DNA from: an uncultured delta proteobacterium
GTDB lineage: Bacteria; Desulfobacterota; Binatia; Bin18
Assembly: GCA_963733195.1 (NCBI GenBank)
Contig: CAVTCR010000059.1
Span: 196,848 to 260,847 of the forward strand
Length of the DNA stretch: 64,000 bases
Direction of reading: 5' to 3'
A program made the translations under genes and the position numbers. Positions within the stretch are counted from its first letter, which is position 1, and every line of letters begins with the position of its first letter. The notes under the pieces were generated by a model. It was not told the origin of the DNA. It saw only the letters and a program-made list of their open reading frames with translations, and searched no databases. Shown here in pieces: positions 1 to 10,457 of the stretch.

Positions 1-420
1 GCTTGTTGCCTCTGGATCAGGACGGAGGACCAACGTTGCGACTGATTTCGTTTTTCGGTGCGCAGTCGCAAGTGCATTGAGGTCAAGGTCGAGAATCGTG
101 TCGCAATTGAGCACGAGAAAAGTTTCGTCGTCGAGGAATGGCTGGGCTTTCTTGATTCCGCCACCGGATTCGAGGATCGGATCTTCCGGCGAGTACGTAA
201 TACGCAGCCCGTATGCACTTCCATCCCCAAGCGCTTCGCGAATCGTATTGCCGAGATGATGCAGGTTAATGACAACGTTCTCGATGCCGTACGCTTTGAG
301 TAACAACAAGTTGTACTCAATCAACGGACGACCAGCGACCGAGACCAACGCTTTCGGAACGGTATTCGTGAGTGGACGTAACCGGGTACCAAACCCAGCT
401 GCAAGAATCATCGCACGCAT
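1..420 (-). CDS. murU: Nucleotidyltransferase, MurU-like (N-acetylmuramate alpha-1-phosphate uridylyltransferase); 3' end runs off the window
   Basis: Manual translation from ATG 420: MRAMILAAGFGTRLRPLTNTVPKAL... (NTP-transferase GxGTRL...PK motif). Open to position 1. Lies directly downstream of the amgK-like kinase. Confidence 0.8.
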   Translation of the reverse strand, partial: MRAMILAAGFGTRLRPLTNTVPKALVSVAGRPLIEYNLLLLKAYGIENVVINLHHLGNTIREALGDGSAYGLRITYSPEDPILESGGGIKKAQPFLDDETFLVLNCDTILDLDLNALATAHRKTKSVATLVLRPDPEATS

Positions 421-424
421 CGGC

Positions 425-1495
425 TTACTCGGGGAAGTGCGAGGCAATAATTTCTTGCAGTCGTCGGTACTGTGGCAAACGCGCAACGACACGACGAACC
501 GTTGCCAGTGTCGGCGGAATGTATCGACTGTAGCCCAGTCTTCTTTTTTTCGAGCTCTAAGATAATAGAATCGTCCCACTACTTTACTCGCCTTCTGTAA
601 TAAGACACAGGTTGTACTCTTCCCACATTTGCTCTTGTGCGATCGATGATCCGCCACTGTCATGCCAGGCGATGTGATAGTAATTGACGAGTGTTTGCTC
701 GAGTGCTGGGGAAATCACCGTTGGAGTATCACGGTCGTTGAGCAACGTTTCCAGATCATACGTTGCTGGAGCAAGCAGAGCATCCTGGAAATCAATGACA
801 CGAATCTCGTCGTTTTGTACGAACAAGTTCCAACTGTGATAATCGCGATGATTGAGAAACCGTGGGGCTTGATCGAGACGCGTGGAAATCTCGTCAAACA
901 TGGCTGCGCAATTCTTTTCCTTCGGCAGCGGACAGCGGTTTCCCTTCCCGTTTTTCGAGACCCCACTCAATGAAATGCTCAAACTCCCACATGAACAGCC
1001 GGTGATCAAACGCTTGCTGAAAGGCGATGCACGACTCGTCTCCACGACGAGTACCTTCGACTTGCAGGCGCACGAGCTGATCGATCGCTTTCTTATACAA
1101 GTCGTCAATCTGTGAGGCTGGAAGTCCTTGCGCGGCTTCGCGGAGGGGAACATCGCCGATATCTTCCAAGAGTAGGAAGCCATCTTTACTGCCATCGTAG
1201 TATGTTTCTGGAACGGTTACTCCGAGTGTTCTGAGGAAGCGATAGACATTGAGATACGGCAGTTCTTTCAATGGTTCCTTGAACACGGCAAGTTCATCGG
1301 AAGAGAGTGGCAACGCGCTGCCTGCCAACATCATGACGACAATTGTTGCTGGACCACTACCGGTGAGATGAAGGCGAGCATAACTGCGGCTAGAGGCGTC
1401 ACCGGTCAGCGGAACGACCTTGCAATGACTGTTATCTGTTGCCCCCACGTTTTTGCCACTGCCGCGTCGATAGCATGGCGAAGTTTTGCTTCCAT
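425..1495 (-). CDS. amgK: Aminoglycoside-phosphotransferase-fold kinase, AmgK-like (anomeric MurNAc/GlcNAc kinase); frameshifted
   Basis: GDASSRSYARL, LLLEDIGD, HRDYHSWNL and IDFQDAL motifs are spread over ORFs 894..1448 and 584..1195. Reconstructed start 1495 (MEAKLRHA) and stop 425, 4 nt before murU. Confidence 0.75.
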
Positions 1496-1587
1496 AACGA
1501 TAGGGAGTAGCAATCCACTTCTACGCTGTCAAAGCCTCTCGGGAAGTTTGAGTTGCAAAACAACGAGGCATGTGATGAGAAGATCGC

Positions 1588-1839
1588 ATGCCAGTCGATT
1601 GCGATATTTCTGCCCTCAGCCATTCCGAGCTTGTCGCGCTGGTTCACCAACTACATCACCATGTTGCTCAACTAGAGCAGGAGATTGCCCAGTTGAAAGG
1701 CCAACTGCAAGGCGATGTGGCAACGTCAGTGACTGAAGATTTGCTCTCCACATTAGAGCAACCTATAAACGAAGATCCTCCACCGGGAAGCCACGAAGAT
1801 TTGCTGGTGCAGTTAGACAAGATGTATCCTGAGGAGTGA
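1588..1839 (+). CDS. Small coiled-coil hypothetical protein
   Basis: 83-aa ORF with heptad pattern LVALVHQLHHHVAQLEQEIAQLK, filling the gap between flanking genes. Confidence 0.5.
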   Translation: MPVDCDISALSHSELVALVHQLHHHVAQLEQEIAQLKGQLQGDVATSVTEDLLSTLEQPINEDPPPGSHEDLLVQLDKMYPEE

Positions 1840-1865
1840 TACCGTCCTTGTGGGAGTTTCTCCCT

Positions 1866-2375
1866 TTATAGCGGTCCGCCTTTGATCTTTTCGAACAACT
1901 TACGATTCTGCTCATCAAGCACGATGCTTTCCATGATCGCACCAATGGCGGCTTCGGTGTCGAAGTAGGCAAACTTAACACCTGGGTTATTACCGATCCG
2001 GCCACTTTGAATCACAGGAAAACCATTGGCGGTGAAATCGGCGATGACTTTGTCATGATCTGGGACGATAAACCCGAGGTGGTGCAATCCTTCCCCTCTT
2101 TTGTCGAGAAACTCTTTGTAAATGCTGCGACCGGAAAGATGTTGGATCAATTCGATTTGCGAATTGCCCGCATAACCAATGGCAATGTGTATGTGAAAAT
2201 CCCCAGGGCCACCACGATACGTTGCTTCGTGAACTTCCACATCGTTGAAACGAAAGAACTTGGGAACACCCAACTTTTCAGTGAAGAAGCGTTCCGCCGC
2301 AATGAGGTCTTTTACGACAAAAGCAGTCTGATGATGTCCCGCAGCAATGTACGTGTAGGGTGATGTTGCCGCCAT
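1866..2375 (-). CDS. VOC/glyoxalase superfamily protein (methylmalonyl-CoA epimerase-like)
   Basis: HHQTAFVV, QIELIQ and GEGLHHLGF motifs. GGAGG RBS precedes ATG 2375 (MAATSPY). Confidence 0.85.
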   Translation of the reverse strand: MAATSPYTYIAAGHHQTAFVVKDLIAAERFFTEKLGVPKFFRFNDVEVHEATYRGGPGDFHIHIAIGYAGNSQIELIQHLSGRSIYKEFLDKRGEGLHHLGFIVPDHDKVIADFTANGFPVIQSGRIGNNPGVKFAYFDTEAAIGAIMESIVLDEQNRKLFEKIKGGPL

Positions 2376-2424
2376 CGTCTTCCCTCCTCCTTTTTTTCTG
2401 TTGCCAATTCTTATGACGCCAAAG

Positions 2425-2450
2425 AGGGGCATATTGCAATCCGCCCCTAC
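2425..2450 (-). repeat. GTAG-type REP-like palindrome
   Basis: Minus strand reads GTAGGGGCGGATTGCAATATGCCCCT: GTAG tetramer plus GC hairpin. Similar units at 15240, 15276, 19066 and 60633. Confidence 0.55.
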
Positions 2451-2485
2451 CGCTGGCTAAGGTAGGGCCGCAACGAGGGAGCACT

Positions 2486-3670
2486 ATGGATTTTAACTTT
2501 TCCCCTGAAGAAGAAGCCTTTCGCCAAGAGGTACGTACCTGGCTGCAGGGAAACCTCCCAAAGGACTTCGATCCTGAAAAAATCGATGCGATCGACCTTG
2601 AAACCCGTTTCGATTTTCAACGAGCGTGGCAGAGAAAAGCGCATGAAGGCGGTTGGGTTGGGATTCACTGGCCGAAGGAGTACGGTGGGCGCGGTGCGAG
2701 TCTGATGGAGATGTTCATTTTCAATCAGGAACTGGCGAAAGTGCGTGCACCTCGTTATGCGAATACCCTGGGCCTCATCATGTCGGGTCCGACGCTTATT
2801 CACTGGGGAACTGAGGAGCAAAAGAAACGCTACTTGCCGAAAATTCTCTCGGGTGAGGAAATCTGGTGCGAAGGGCTGTCGGAGCCGAACGCAGGGTCAG
2901 ACCTTGCATCAATGCAAACGCGTGCGGTTGAAGATGGCGATTTCTTTGTCATCAATGGACAAAAGGTATGGACCAGTTATGCGCACCGTGCCAACTACAT
3001 CCAACTTTTTGTGCGTACTGACCCTGACTCGCCGAAGCACCGTGGCATTAGTTGTCTAATTGTCGATATGAAAACGCCGGGCATCACGGTGCGACCGCTC
3101 GTTCAAATCACCGGGGATGCTGAATTCAACGAAGTATTCTTTGAAGATGTGCGGGTACCAAAAATCAACCTGCTTGGGCCAAAAGATGAAGGGTGGAAAG
3201 TCTTGGTAACGACGTTGATGCACGAGCGGGCGGGCATCGGTTCGGATTTGCCCGTACATCGACATCTAACGGAGCTGATCCGACTCTGTCAGATTTTTGA
3301 AATCAATGGGAAGCCGGCGAGCAAAGATCCAATGGTACGACAGAAATTGGCGCAATTCGCGGCAGAGAGCCAGGCGATTACCTACAATATGTTTCGCAGT
3401 TTCAGCAAACGTCTCAAGGGAAATCCGCCAGGACCGGAAGGGTCGATAAACAAACTGTTTGGCTCTGATCTCAATATGCGTATTGCGCAATTTGCCACCG
3501 AACTGCTTGGGCCGTATGCGCAAGTCGTGCAAGGGTCCTCGTATGCGGTCGATCATGGTCGCTGGCCACGTGCAGCATTGTGGTACCGTCTGCTCACGAT
3601 TGGGGGTGGCACTTCTGAGATTCAACGTGGGATTCTGGGAGATCGGATGTTGGGGTTACCGAAAGGGTAG
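2486..3670 (+). CDS. Acyl-CoA dehydrogenase (FadE-type)
   Basis: WCEGLSEPNAGSDLA, GQKVWTS, EFNEVFFEDV and TIGGGTSEIQR motifs; 394 aa. Confidence 0.95.
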   Translation: MDFNFSPEEEAFRQEVRTWLQGNLPKDFDPEKIDAIDLETRFDFQRAWQRKAHEGGWVGIHWPKEYGGRGASLMEMFIFNQELAKVRAPRYANTLGLIMSGPTLIHWGTEEQKKRYLPKILSGEEIWCEGLSEPNAGSDLASMQTRAVEDGDFFVINGQKVWTSYAHRANYIQLFVRTDPDSPKHRGISCLIVDMKTPGITVRPLVQITGDAEFNEVFFEDVRVPKINLLGPKDEGWKVLVTTLMHERAGIGSDLPVHRHLTELIRLCQIFEINGKPASKDPMVRQKLAQFAAESQAITYNMFRSFSKRLKGNPPGPEGSINKLFGSDLNMRIAQFATELLGPYAQVVQGSSYAVDHGRWPRAALWYRLLTIGGGTSEIQRGILGDRMLGLPKG

Positions 3671-3762
3671 GCAGTGATCAGTTGTCAGTTACCAGTTGCC
3701 AATGAGGAAGGGGACAATTCTTCTCTGCCCTACTGACAACTGACCACTGAGAACTGACAACT
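3671..3762. repeat. Heptamer tandem repeats in inverted arrangement (CAGTTGT/CAGTTAC ... ACTGACA/ACTGACC)
   Basis: Directly visible 7-nt periodic runs that form an imperfect intergenic hairpin. Confidence 0.6.
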
Positions 3763-3787
3763 TTCTAAGAAAAAAGGAGGAATGACA

Positions 3788-4685
3788 ATGGGCAAGCTTG
3801 ATGGCAAAGTTGCAGCGATTACTGGTTCAGGGCGTGGGATTGGGCGTGGGATTGCGCTTGTTGATGGCAAAAGAAGGCGCCAAAGTTGTGGTGAACGACC
3901 TTGGTGGTAGTGTAGCTGGTGAAGGGACAGACAAAGGTCCGGCTTCACAAGTTGTTGATGAAATCAAGAAAGGTGGTGGGCAAGCGGTCGCGAACACTGA
4001 TAACATCGCCACTGTCAAAGGCGGCGAGAGTCTCATTCAGACGGCAATCGACTCGTTCGGCAAAATCGACATCCTGGTGAACTGCGCCGGAATTCTTCGC
4101 GACCGCATGATTTTCAATATGAGTGAGGAAGAGTGGGATGCGGTGATCGCCGTCCATCTCAAAGGGCATTATTGCACCATTCGCCCAGCATCCGCTGCGA
4201 TGCGTCAACAGAAGAGTGGGCGTATTATTAATTTTTCGTCTGGTTCAGCACTTGGTGCACCTGGACAGCCCAACTACGCAGCGGCCAAAGCTGGGATTCT
4301 CGGACTTACCTATAGCTGCGCAAATTCTCTTGCGAAGTATGGAATCACCTGCAACGCGATTATGCCAGGGGCAGCGACGCGCATGACCGATACGATTCCT
4401 GCGAACTTTGCGCAACAGATGGGTCTGTCCACAAGTAGTGAGCAAGCTCAAGCGAGTCCCATGGACCCAAACAATGTGGCGCCAATTGTCGTCTATCTTG
4501 CCAGCGATAAGGCTGCGCACGTGAACGGGCAAGTATTTGGTGCAAGTGGTTATCGCATTGCGCTCTACACCCACATTGTCCCCGAGAAGGTGATTTACAG
4601 CCAAGGACCGTGGGATCTCGATCATTTGTTTAAGGTGTTTGACAGTACGCTGGGTTCTCACCTGCAACCGCCGAGGATGCTGTAG
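3788..4685 (+). CDS. SDR family oxidoreductase (3-hydroxyacyl-CoA dehydrogenase-like); frameshift near 3860
   Basis: AAGGAGG RBS, MGKLDGKVAAITGSGRGIGRG (TGxxxGIG) from ATG 3788, continuing into VVVNDLGG, NCAGILRD and YAAAK. Confidence 0.9.
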
Positions 4686-4795
4686 TGATGAAGAAATCTT
4701 TTGATCCTCAAAGTGTTATGGTATGGTAGGCGTCGGTTAGCTAGGGTCTTCGAGGATAGTGTAGAGCGAAACGTCCGAGGAATAACACTTTACAT

Positions 4796-4837
4796 AAGGC
4801 ACGAGAATTGCGAATTTTCCGCCTCGTGCCTTTTTTT
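4796..4837 (+). terminator. Intrinsic terminator-like hairpin
   Basis: AAGGCACGAG (4796-4805) pairs with CTCGTGCCTT (4823-4832) and runs into a T7 tract. Confidence 0.65.
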
Positions 4838-4858
4838 ATTGGAAAGGAGCAAAGAGTA

Positions 4859-5451
4859 ATGATTGTAAAAAGAAGAGAGGAAGCGTCGCAGCGTTGTTAG
4901 TGGGCGCGAGCCTAGCATGGACATTTGCTACCTCAAGTTGGGCGGAGGACAAGAAGCCTGCTAGTGGCGTTATTGCGGATGGAAAACAGGTTTCGCTAGA
5001 GTTTACCCTCACCCTCGATGACAAAACCCAGGTACAGTCCAACGTTGGCAAAGAGCCCTTGGTATACACACATGGAGCGCACCAAATCGTCCCAGGGCTT
5101 GAGAAGAACCTAGGCGGGTTAAAGGTCGGAGAGACCAAACATGTTGAGGTCACTCCCGAAGATGGCTATGGCCCGGTTGATCCACAGCGAACCCAAGAGG
5201 TAGAGAAAGACAAGATTCCCGAGGGAGCACGAAAAGTCGGCTCAAAGCTCACCGGACGTGGACCAAATGGTCAGATGATGTTTGCCGAAGTAAAAGAAGT
5301 AAAAGACAAGACCGTGATTCTTGATACGAACCATCCGTTAGCAGGGAAGAAATTGATCTTCGATGTGAAAGTGTTGAAGGTTGAAGACGCGCCGAAGGTT
5401 GAAGTTCCTGTGACAGCGCCAGCGCCACAAGCGCAACCTGAGAAGAAATAG
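4859..5451 (+). CDS. FKBP-type peptidyl-prolyl isomerase (SlyD-like, N-terminal signal peptide, no His-rich tail)
   Basis: HQIVPGLEK, PEDGYG and DTNHPLAGKKLIFDVKV motifs. ATG 4859 follows an AAGGAG RBS and joins ORF 4894 if one base is restored in an A-run. Confidence 0.9.
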
Positions 5452-5482
5452 TTGACCACGGTTATTCGGGCAACAAAATAAC

Positions 5483-5507
5483 AGGGGTGACCAACTTGGT
5501 CGCCCCT
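5483..5507. terminator. Hairpin between convergent genes
   Basis: AGGGGTGACCAACTTGGTCGCCCCT palindrome. Confidence 0.55.
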
Positions 5508-5534
5508 TTGTTCTCTACTTATTCGTTCCTGTAT

Positions 5535-6026
5535 TTACCAACCATGATGGTAGTCATCGTGTTCGCGGTCGAGCTTGCGGTAGTCCTTATTTCGTAGGTC
5601 ATCAACTTTCTCACGTTTGTGGTCATATTTACGGTCGATTTTATCCAACGATTTCTGATAGCGCGGATCAGAGGGGTTCCCATCAAACCGCCGCGCTGCC
5701 TTTTCTCGCGCTTCTTGCTCTTGCCGGTCTAAGCGCCGCATCCCTTTGTCATACTTTCGCTCAGCCTTAGCCGCATCGTGCTCTAGGTCACGGTGGACTT
5801 CCCTGTGTGAGCGATTGTCGTAGGAGCCACGGTAATACGGCTCTCGGTTCCCATAATAGGGATCGTAGTACCCGCCGCCTCCACCATAATAAGAGTCATA
5901 GGCTCGATATGGCGAGCCATATCCATAACCGCGCCCGCCATGTGTCGATCCACACCCGGCGGTAAACAGTGCCGCGCCAAGGATAACTGAAAGGATGACT
6001 GACCGGAGTAAATATTTCAAAGCCAT
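5535..6026 (-). CDS. Putative lipoprotein with a Gly/Tyr-rich region followed by charged helices
   Basis: Hydrophobic signal and lipobox LFTAG-C; GGAG RBS. Confidence 0.7.
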   Translation of the reverse strand: MALKYLLRSVILSVILGAALFTAGCGSTHGGRGYGYGSPYRAYDSYYGGGGGYYDPYYGNREPYYRGSYDNRSHREVHRDLEHDAAKAERKYDKGMRRLDRQEQEAREKAARRFDGNPSDPRYQKSLDKIDRKYDHKREKVDDLRNKDYRKLDREHDDYHHGW

Positions 6027-6049
6027 GGTGTACTCCTTTTCTCCTTACT

Positions 6050-6736
6050 ATGGTAAAGAAACGTAACAGTAGCGAAAAGGACTCGATTGTGGCTGTTCCT
6101 GTTTCTGCCAGAAGAGCGTTTAACTTCGCCCACTTGCTGACCAGTCTGCGGTTAGTGCTTACCCCAGTGTTTCTCGTTATCATCGAAGCTGGACAACGCC
6201 AACCTACTCTCCTGAAAGCATTAGCCGTTGTCGTACTCTTTCTGCTGATTTGTGCAAGCGATTACTACGATGGTCCAGTAGCACGAGCCTTGGGACTCGA
6301 TTCTGACCTGGGCAAGGTTTTGGATAATCTGGCTGATATCACCTTCCTTTTGGTAACGTTGACCTATCTTGTTTTGGCAAATGTCGTGCCGTGGTGGATT
6401 CCGACGGCAATCGCGCTAGCGTTTGGTCAGTATACAGTGGATTCGTGGTTATTAGCGGGACGAAAAACCGACGTTGTCCTTGTCTCGAATCCTATCGGCC
6501 ACTGGGCGGGCATTCTCAACTACATCGGTACCGGTGTGATGGCGCTCCATGCTGCACTTCAACAGCAGTTGTTACCTCAAGTACTCTTTTACGGGCTTGT
6601 GACCGGCTGGCTCGCTTACCTTCTCCTGGCGATGACGATGCGATTGCGCTTCTTCCTCCGTGCCCGACGAGCACAGGGCAACGTCATAGCAGGTGAGGAG
6701 GAGCCGCAGAGTCGACGAAAAGCAGCATGGTTCTAA
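6050..6736 (+). CDS. CDP-alcohol phosphatidyltransferase family protein
   Basis: DYYDGPVAR...GKVLDNLAD signature with transmembrane segments. Confidence 0.9.
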   Translation: MVKKRNSSEKDSIVAVPVSARRAFNFAHLLTSLRLVLTPVFLVIIEAGQRQPTLLKALAVVVLFLLICASDYYDGPVARALGLDSDLGKVLDNLADITFLLVTLTYLVLANVVPWWIPTAIALAFGQYTVDSWLLAGRKTDVVLVSNPIGHWAGILNYIGTGVMALHAALQQQLLPQVLFYGLVTGWLAYLLLAMTMRLRFFLRARRAQGNVIAGEEEPQSRRKAAWF

Positions 6737-6741
6737 TCTGA

Positions 6742-7800
6742 CTATCCAGCCGCAGATCCTTGCAATACCTCCCCTTCACGAGCACGGCGAATTTCCGCGA
6801 GGCTCACTCCTGCAATCGGGAGTGCGAGTAACCCTTGAGCAACCAACGTGAGAAATTGCACGGCGTTTAGGACGAGGCCATAGGCAAGGGCATCAACCTC
6901 ACTGACCCCGAAGAGCCCCAGTGCAAGTTGACAGGCATACTGATAGGGGCCGATCATGCCAGGAAGATTTGGTAACGCAGTTCCAAAGCCGACAAAGATA
7001 AAGACGACTAATGCCGCACCAAACGGAACAGGAAAGTCAAAGGCTCGGATCATGATGTAACTTGAAAGAATAGGTAAGAACCACAGAGTGAGCGAAACCA
7101 GAAACACCGAAAGAAGTAACATCGGGTTAGGAATCACCCGCATGCCGTCTGTCATTGATGCTAGCACTTTCTTGAGTTTGCCGCCGAACCCTTCAGGTAA
7201 AAGGTGAAGCACCCAGCGATCAACAAACGCCTCACCTCGCCACCAGAAGAGCAAGACAAGGGTTACAAGAATTGTGGCCGCCCCTGCAGGGAACATCGCT
7301 CCACGACGAACCCACACCGGTAGATTCTCGACCGTTAACAGGCCGAGCAGAATGTAGAAGACGATAATCACTGAGTCCATCGTTTTTTCGAGAACGACAT
7401 TGCCAACCACACTGGAGAATGACACTCCTGACTTGCGCGACAACAGCCAAGGTCGAACGATTTCCCCAATCCGAACAGGTAGTAAATTTATTGCCATATA
7501 GGCGACAGAGATAATCACCCAGAGGCGGCCGAACGGTACATGTTCGAGCGGTCGTAATTCCAGTTGCCAGCGCCATGCGCGGAAGACCATGATGAGTAAG
7601 CTCACCACGATAGCAACAAGCAGCCAACTGATATTGATACGCTGGAGCGCTGCTCCTAATTCGTCCAGTTTGACATTGCGAAAGGCAAGGTACAGAAAAC
7701 CAGCACTCACGAGGAGTGCGATTACGAGATGAGGCAAGCGACGCGTGGCGACTGTGTCATTCGCGTGCGAAGCATTTGGATTGTCATCTGTCCCTGCCAT
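6742..7800 (-). CDS. Lysylphosphatidylglycerol synthase TM-domain / flippase-like protein (UPF0104)
   Basis: RAWRW, NLLPVRIGEIVR, EKTMD and PNLPGMIGPYQ motifs. GGAGG RBS before ATG 7800. Confidence 0.85.
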   Translation of the reverse strand: MAGTDDNPNASHANDTVATRRLPHLVIALLVSAGFLYLAFRNVKLDELGAALQRINISWLLVAIVVSLLIMVFRAWRWQLELRPLEHVPFGRLWVIISVAYMAINLLPVRIGEIVRPWLLSRKSGVSFSSVVGNVVLEKTMDSVIIVFYILLGLLTVENLPVWVRRGAMFPAGAATILVTLVLLFWWRGEAFVDRWVLHLLPEGFGGKLKKVLASMTDGMRVIPNPMLLLSVFLVSLTLWFLPILSSYIMIRAFDFPVPFGAALVVFIFVGFGTALPNLPGMIGPYQYACQLALGLFGVSEVDALAYGLVLNAVQFLTLVAQGLLALPIAGVSLAEIRRAREGEVLQGSAAG

Positions 7801-7924
7801 GAGACCTCCTGTCCTTATAAGGCGTGATGCTACTCTGACGGAACGATGGCTGCTCTGCAAGGAGACTATGCAGGGGAGGGCGGCTCTCGCTATAGTGTCT
7901 ATAGACTCGGTATAAGGAGCGTCT

Positions 7925-8527
7925 ATGCCCCACCTTTCAGGAACCGTAGAATCGAATGGCGTGGTAAGACTCAACGTACAACGAACTCGATTGACTCCGG
8001 AACAATTCACGCTTCTGTGTCAAGAAAACGATGATCTCCGTTTCGAGTTAACCGCGCAGCAGGAGTTAATTATTATGCCTCCGACTGGGTCAGAAACTGG
8101 GCAACGTAGTGGGAAACTTTTCCTTCGCGTCGGCAACTGGGCTGAAGCTGACGGAACGGGAGTCACTTTTGATTCTTCTACGGGTTTTACCCTACCAAAC
8201 GGAGCGATTCGTTCCCCTGACGTTTCTTGGATAAAACGAGAGAGATGGGATGCGCTTCCCAAAGAGCAGCGAGTTGGATTCGCGCCAATTTGTCCTGACT
8301 TTGTTGCTGAACTGCGTTCCCCTACGGATCGCTTGTCTGATCTACGAGAGAAAATGCAAGAGTATATTGATAACGGCGCGCAGCTTGGTTGGCTGATTGA
8401 TCCAAGTGATAAGCGTGTCTACGTCTACCGTCCTGGACAATCAATCGACATATTGGATGATCCCGCCACACTGAGTGAGGATGCGGTTTTGCCTGGCTTC
8501 ATACTGCGCATACCGGAGCTGTGGTAA
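7925..8527 (+). CDS. Uma2 family endonuclease-like protein (DUF820)
   Basis: FDSSTGFTLPNGAIRSPDVSW, CPDFVAELRSP and KMQEYIDNGAQLGWLIDP motifs. Confidence 0.92.
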   Translation: MPHLSGTVESNGVVRLNVQRTRLTPEQFTLLCQENDDLRFELTAQQELIIMPPTGSETGQRSGKLFLRVGNWAEADGTGVTFDSSTGFTLPNGAIRSPDVSWIKRERWDALPKEQRVGFAPICPDFVAELRSPTDRLSDLREKMQEYIDNGAQLGWLIDPSDKRVYVYRPGQSIDILDDPATLSEDAVLPGFILRIPELW

Positions 8528-8579
8528 GAACGGAGAGAGGCAGAGCGCAAGCGGCTGCGCCTTGACAACCCTTCGATGA

Positions 8580-9518
<939 letters not shown>

Positions 9519-9580
9519 TCCTTCTCACCCTCTTTCTCCTATGAAGAGGAGAGAGGACCTTGCGAAAAAGGTATACCTCT

Positions 9581-10408
9581 ATGCCGAAGGGCTCGATTCA
9601 ACAAGCCTATATTCTTCCTGGACTCCCACATCTGACCTCACAGATTACAGTAGAAAGCTGGGAAGGCGTGCGACGTGGCTTCCGTCTAGCAGGTGAACAC
9701 ATCCAGAAAGTGAAGCCGGATGTGCTGGTGATCTACAGCACGCAATGGATTTCTGTACTCGGGCATTCCTTCCAAACCAACCCGAACCCCAAAGGTGTGC
9801 ATGTTGATGACAACTGGTATGAGTTTGGTGACTTTCCGTTTGATTTCCGGGTAGACACCGAACTCGGAACACGCGCGGCGGCGGTCGCCTCGTCTCTTGC
9901 GCTGGCGACGAAGACGGTGAGTTACGATGGGTTTCCTATCGATACCGGGGTGTTAGTTGTCCAACGATTTGTGAACCCGCAAAACACAATTCCGGTTGCT
10001 ATCGTCTCATGTAACATCTATGCCGGGCAGGAAGACTCACTGACACTTGGACGAGCGGTGCGACAAGCGATTGAGGAAAGTGGAAAACGTGCCGTTGTCA
10101 TTGCCTGCACCGGATTGTCTGCACGATTTTTTACTGAGGCGATTGATCCACAGCAGGATCGTTTCTCTCGTGCCGAAGATGACATCTGGAACCGGCGTAT
10201 TCTGGATCTGATAGGGCAGGGAAAGAATGCGGAGGTTCTCACGCTCAGTGCAGAATATGCCAAAGCTGCTGTGCCTGATATGGGATTCAAAGCCTTTGCT
10301 TGGCTGATGGGAGTACTCGGGGCACCCGCCACTCCAGGAAAACTTTTAGGATATGGCCCAGTGTGGGGAACGGGGGCAGCGGTGGTGGAATACACGATAA
10401 ACACGTAG
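9581..10408 (+). CDS. amnA: 2-aminophenol 1,6-dioxygenase alpha subunit
   Basis: YSTQW, GVHVDDNWYEFGD, YDGFPIDTG, EDDIWNRRIL, DMGFK and GYGP.WGTGAAV motifs; tandem with amnB. Confidence 0.88.
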   Translation: MPKGSIQQAYILPGLPHLTSQITVESWEGVRRGFRLAGEHIQKVKPDVLVIYSTQWISVLGHSFQTNPNPKGVHVDDNWYEFGDFPFDFRVDTELGTRAAAVASSLALATKTVSYDGFPIDTGVLVVQRFVNPQNTIPVAIVSCNIYAGQEDSLTLGRAVRQAIEESGKRAVVIACTGLSARFFTEAIDPQQDRFSRAEDDIWNRRILDLIGQGKNAEVLTLSAEYAKAAVPDMGFKAFAWLMGVLGAPATPGKLLGYGPVWGTGAAVVEYTINT

Positions 10409-10457
10409 CACGTGATGCGTCATACGTGATGCGGAACGTAATGAAATCAGGACGTGT

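Noticed and set aside
1588-1839. Small coiled-coil ORF as an IS66 transposase remnant
   Set aside because: Only a vague N-terminal resemblance, with no IRs or other transposase sequence.
4725-4800. tRNA or known riboswitch
   Set aside because: No cloverleaf, T-loop or recognisable aptamer consensus. Kept only as a weak leader candidate.
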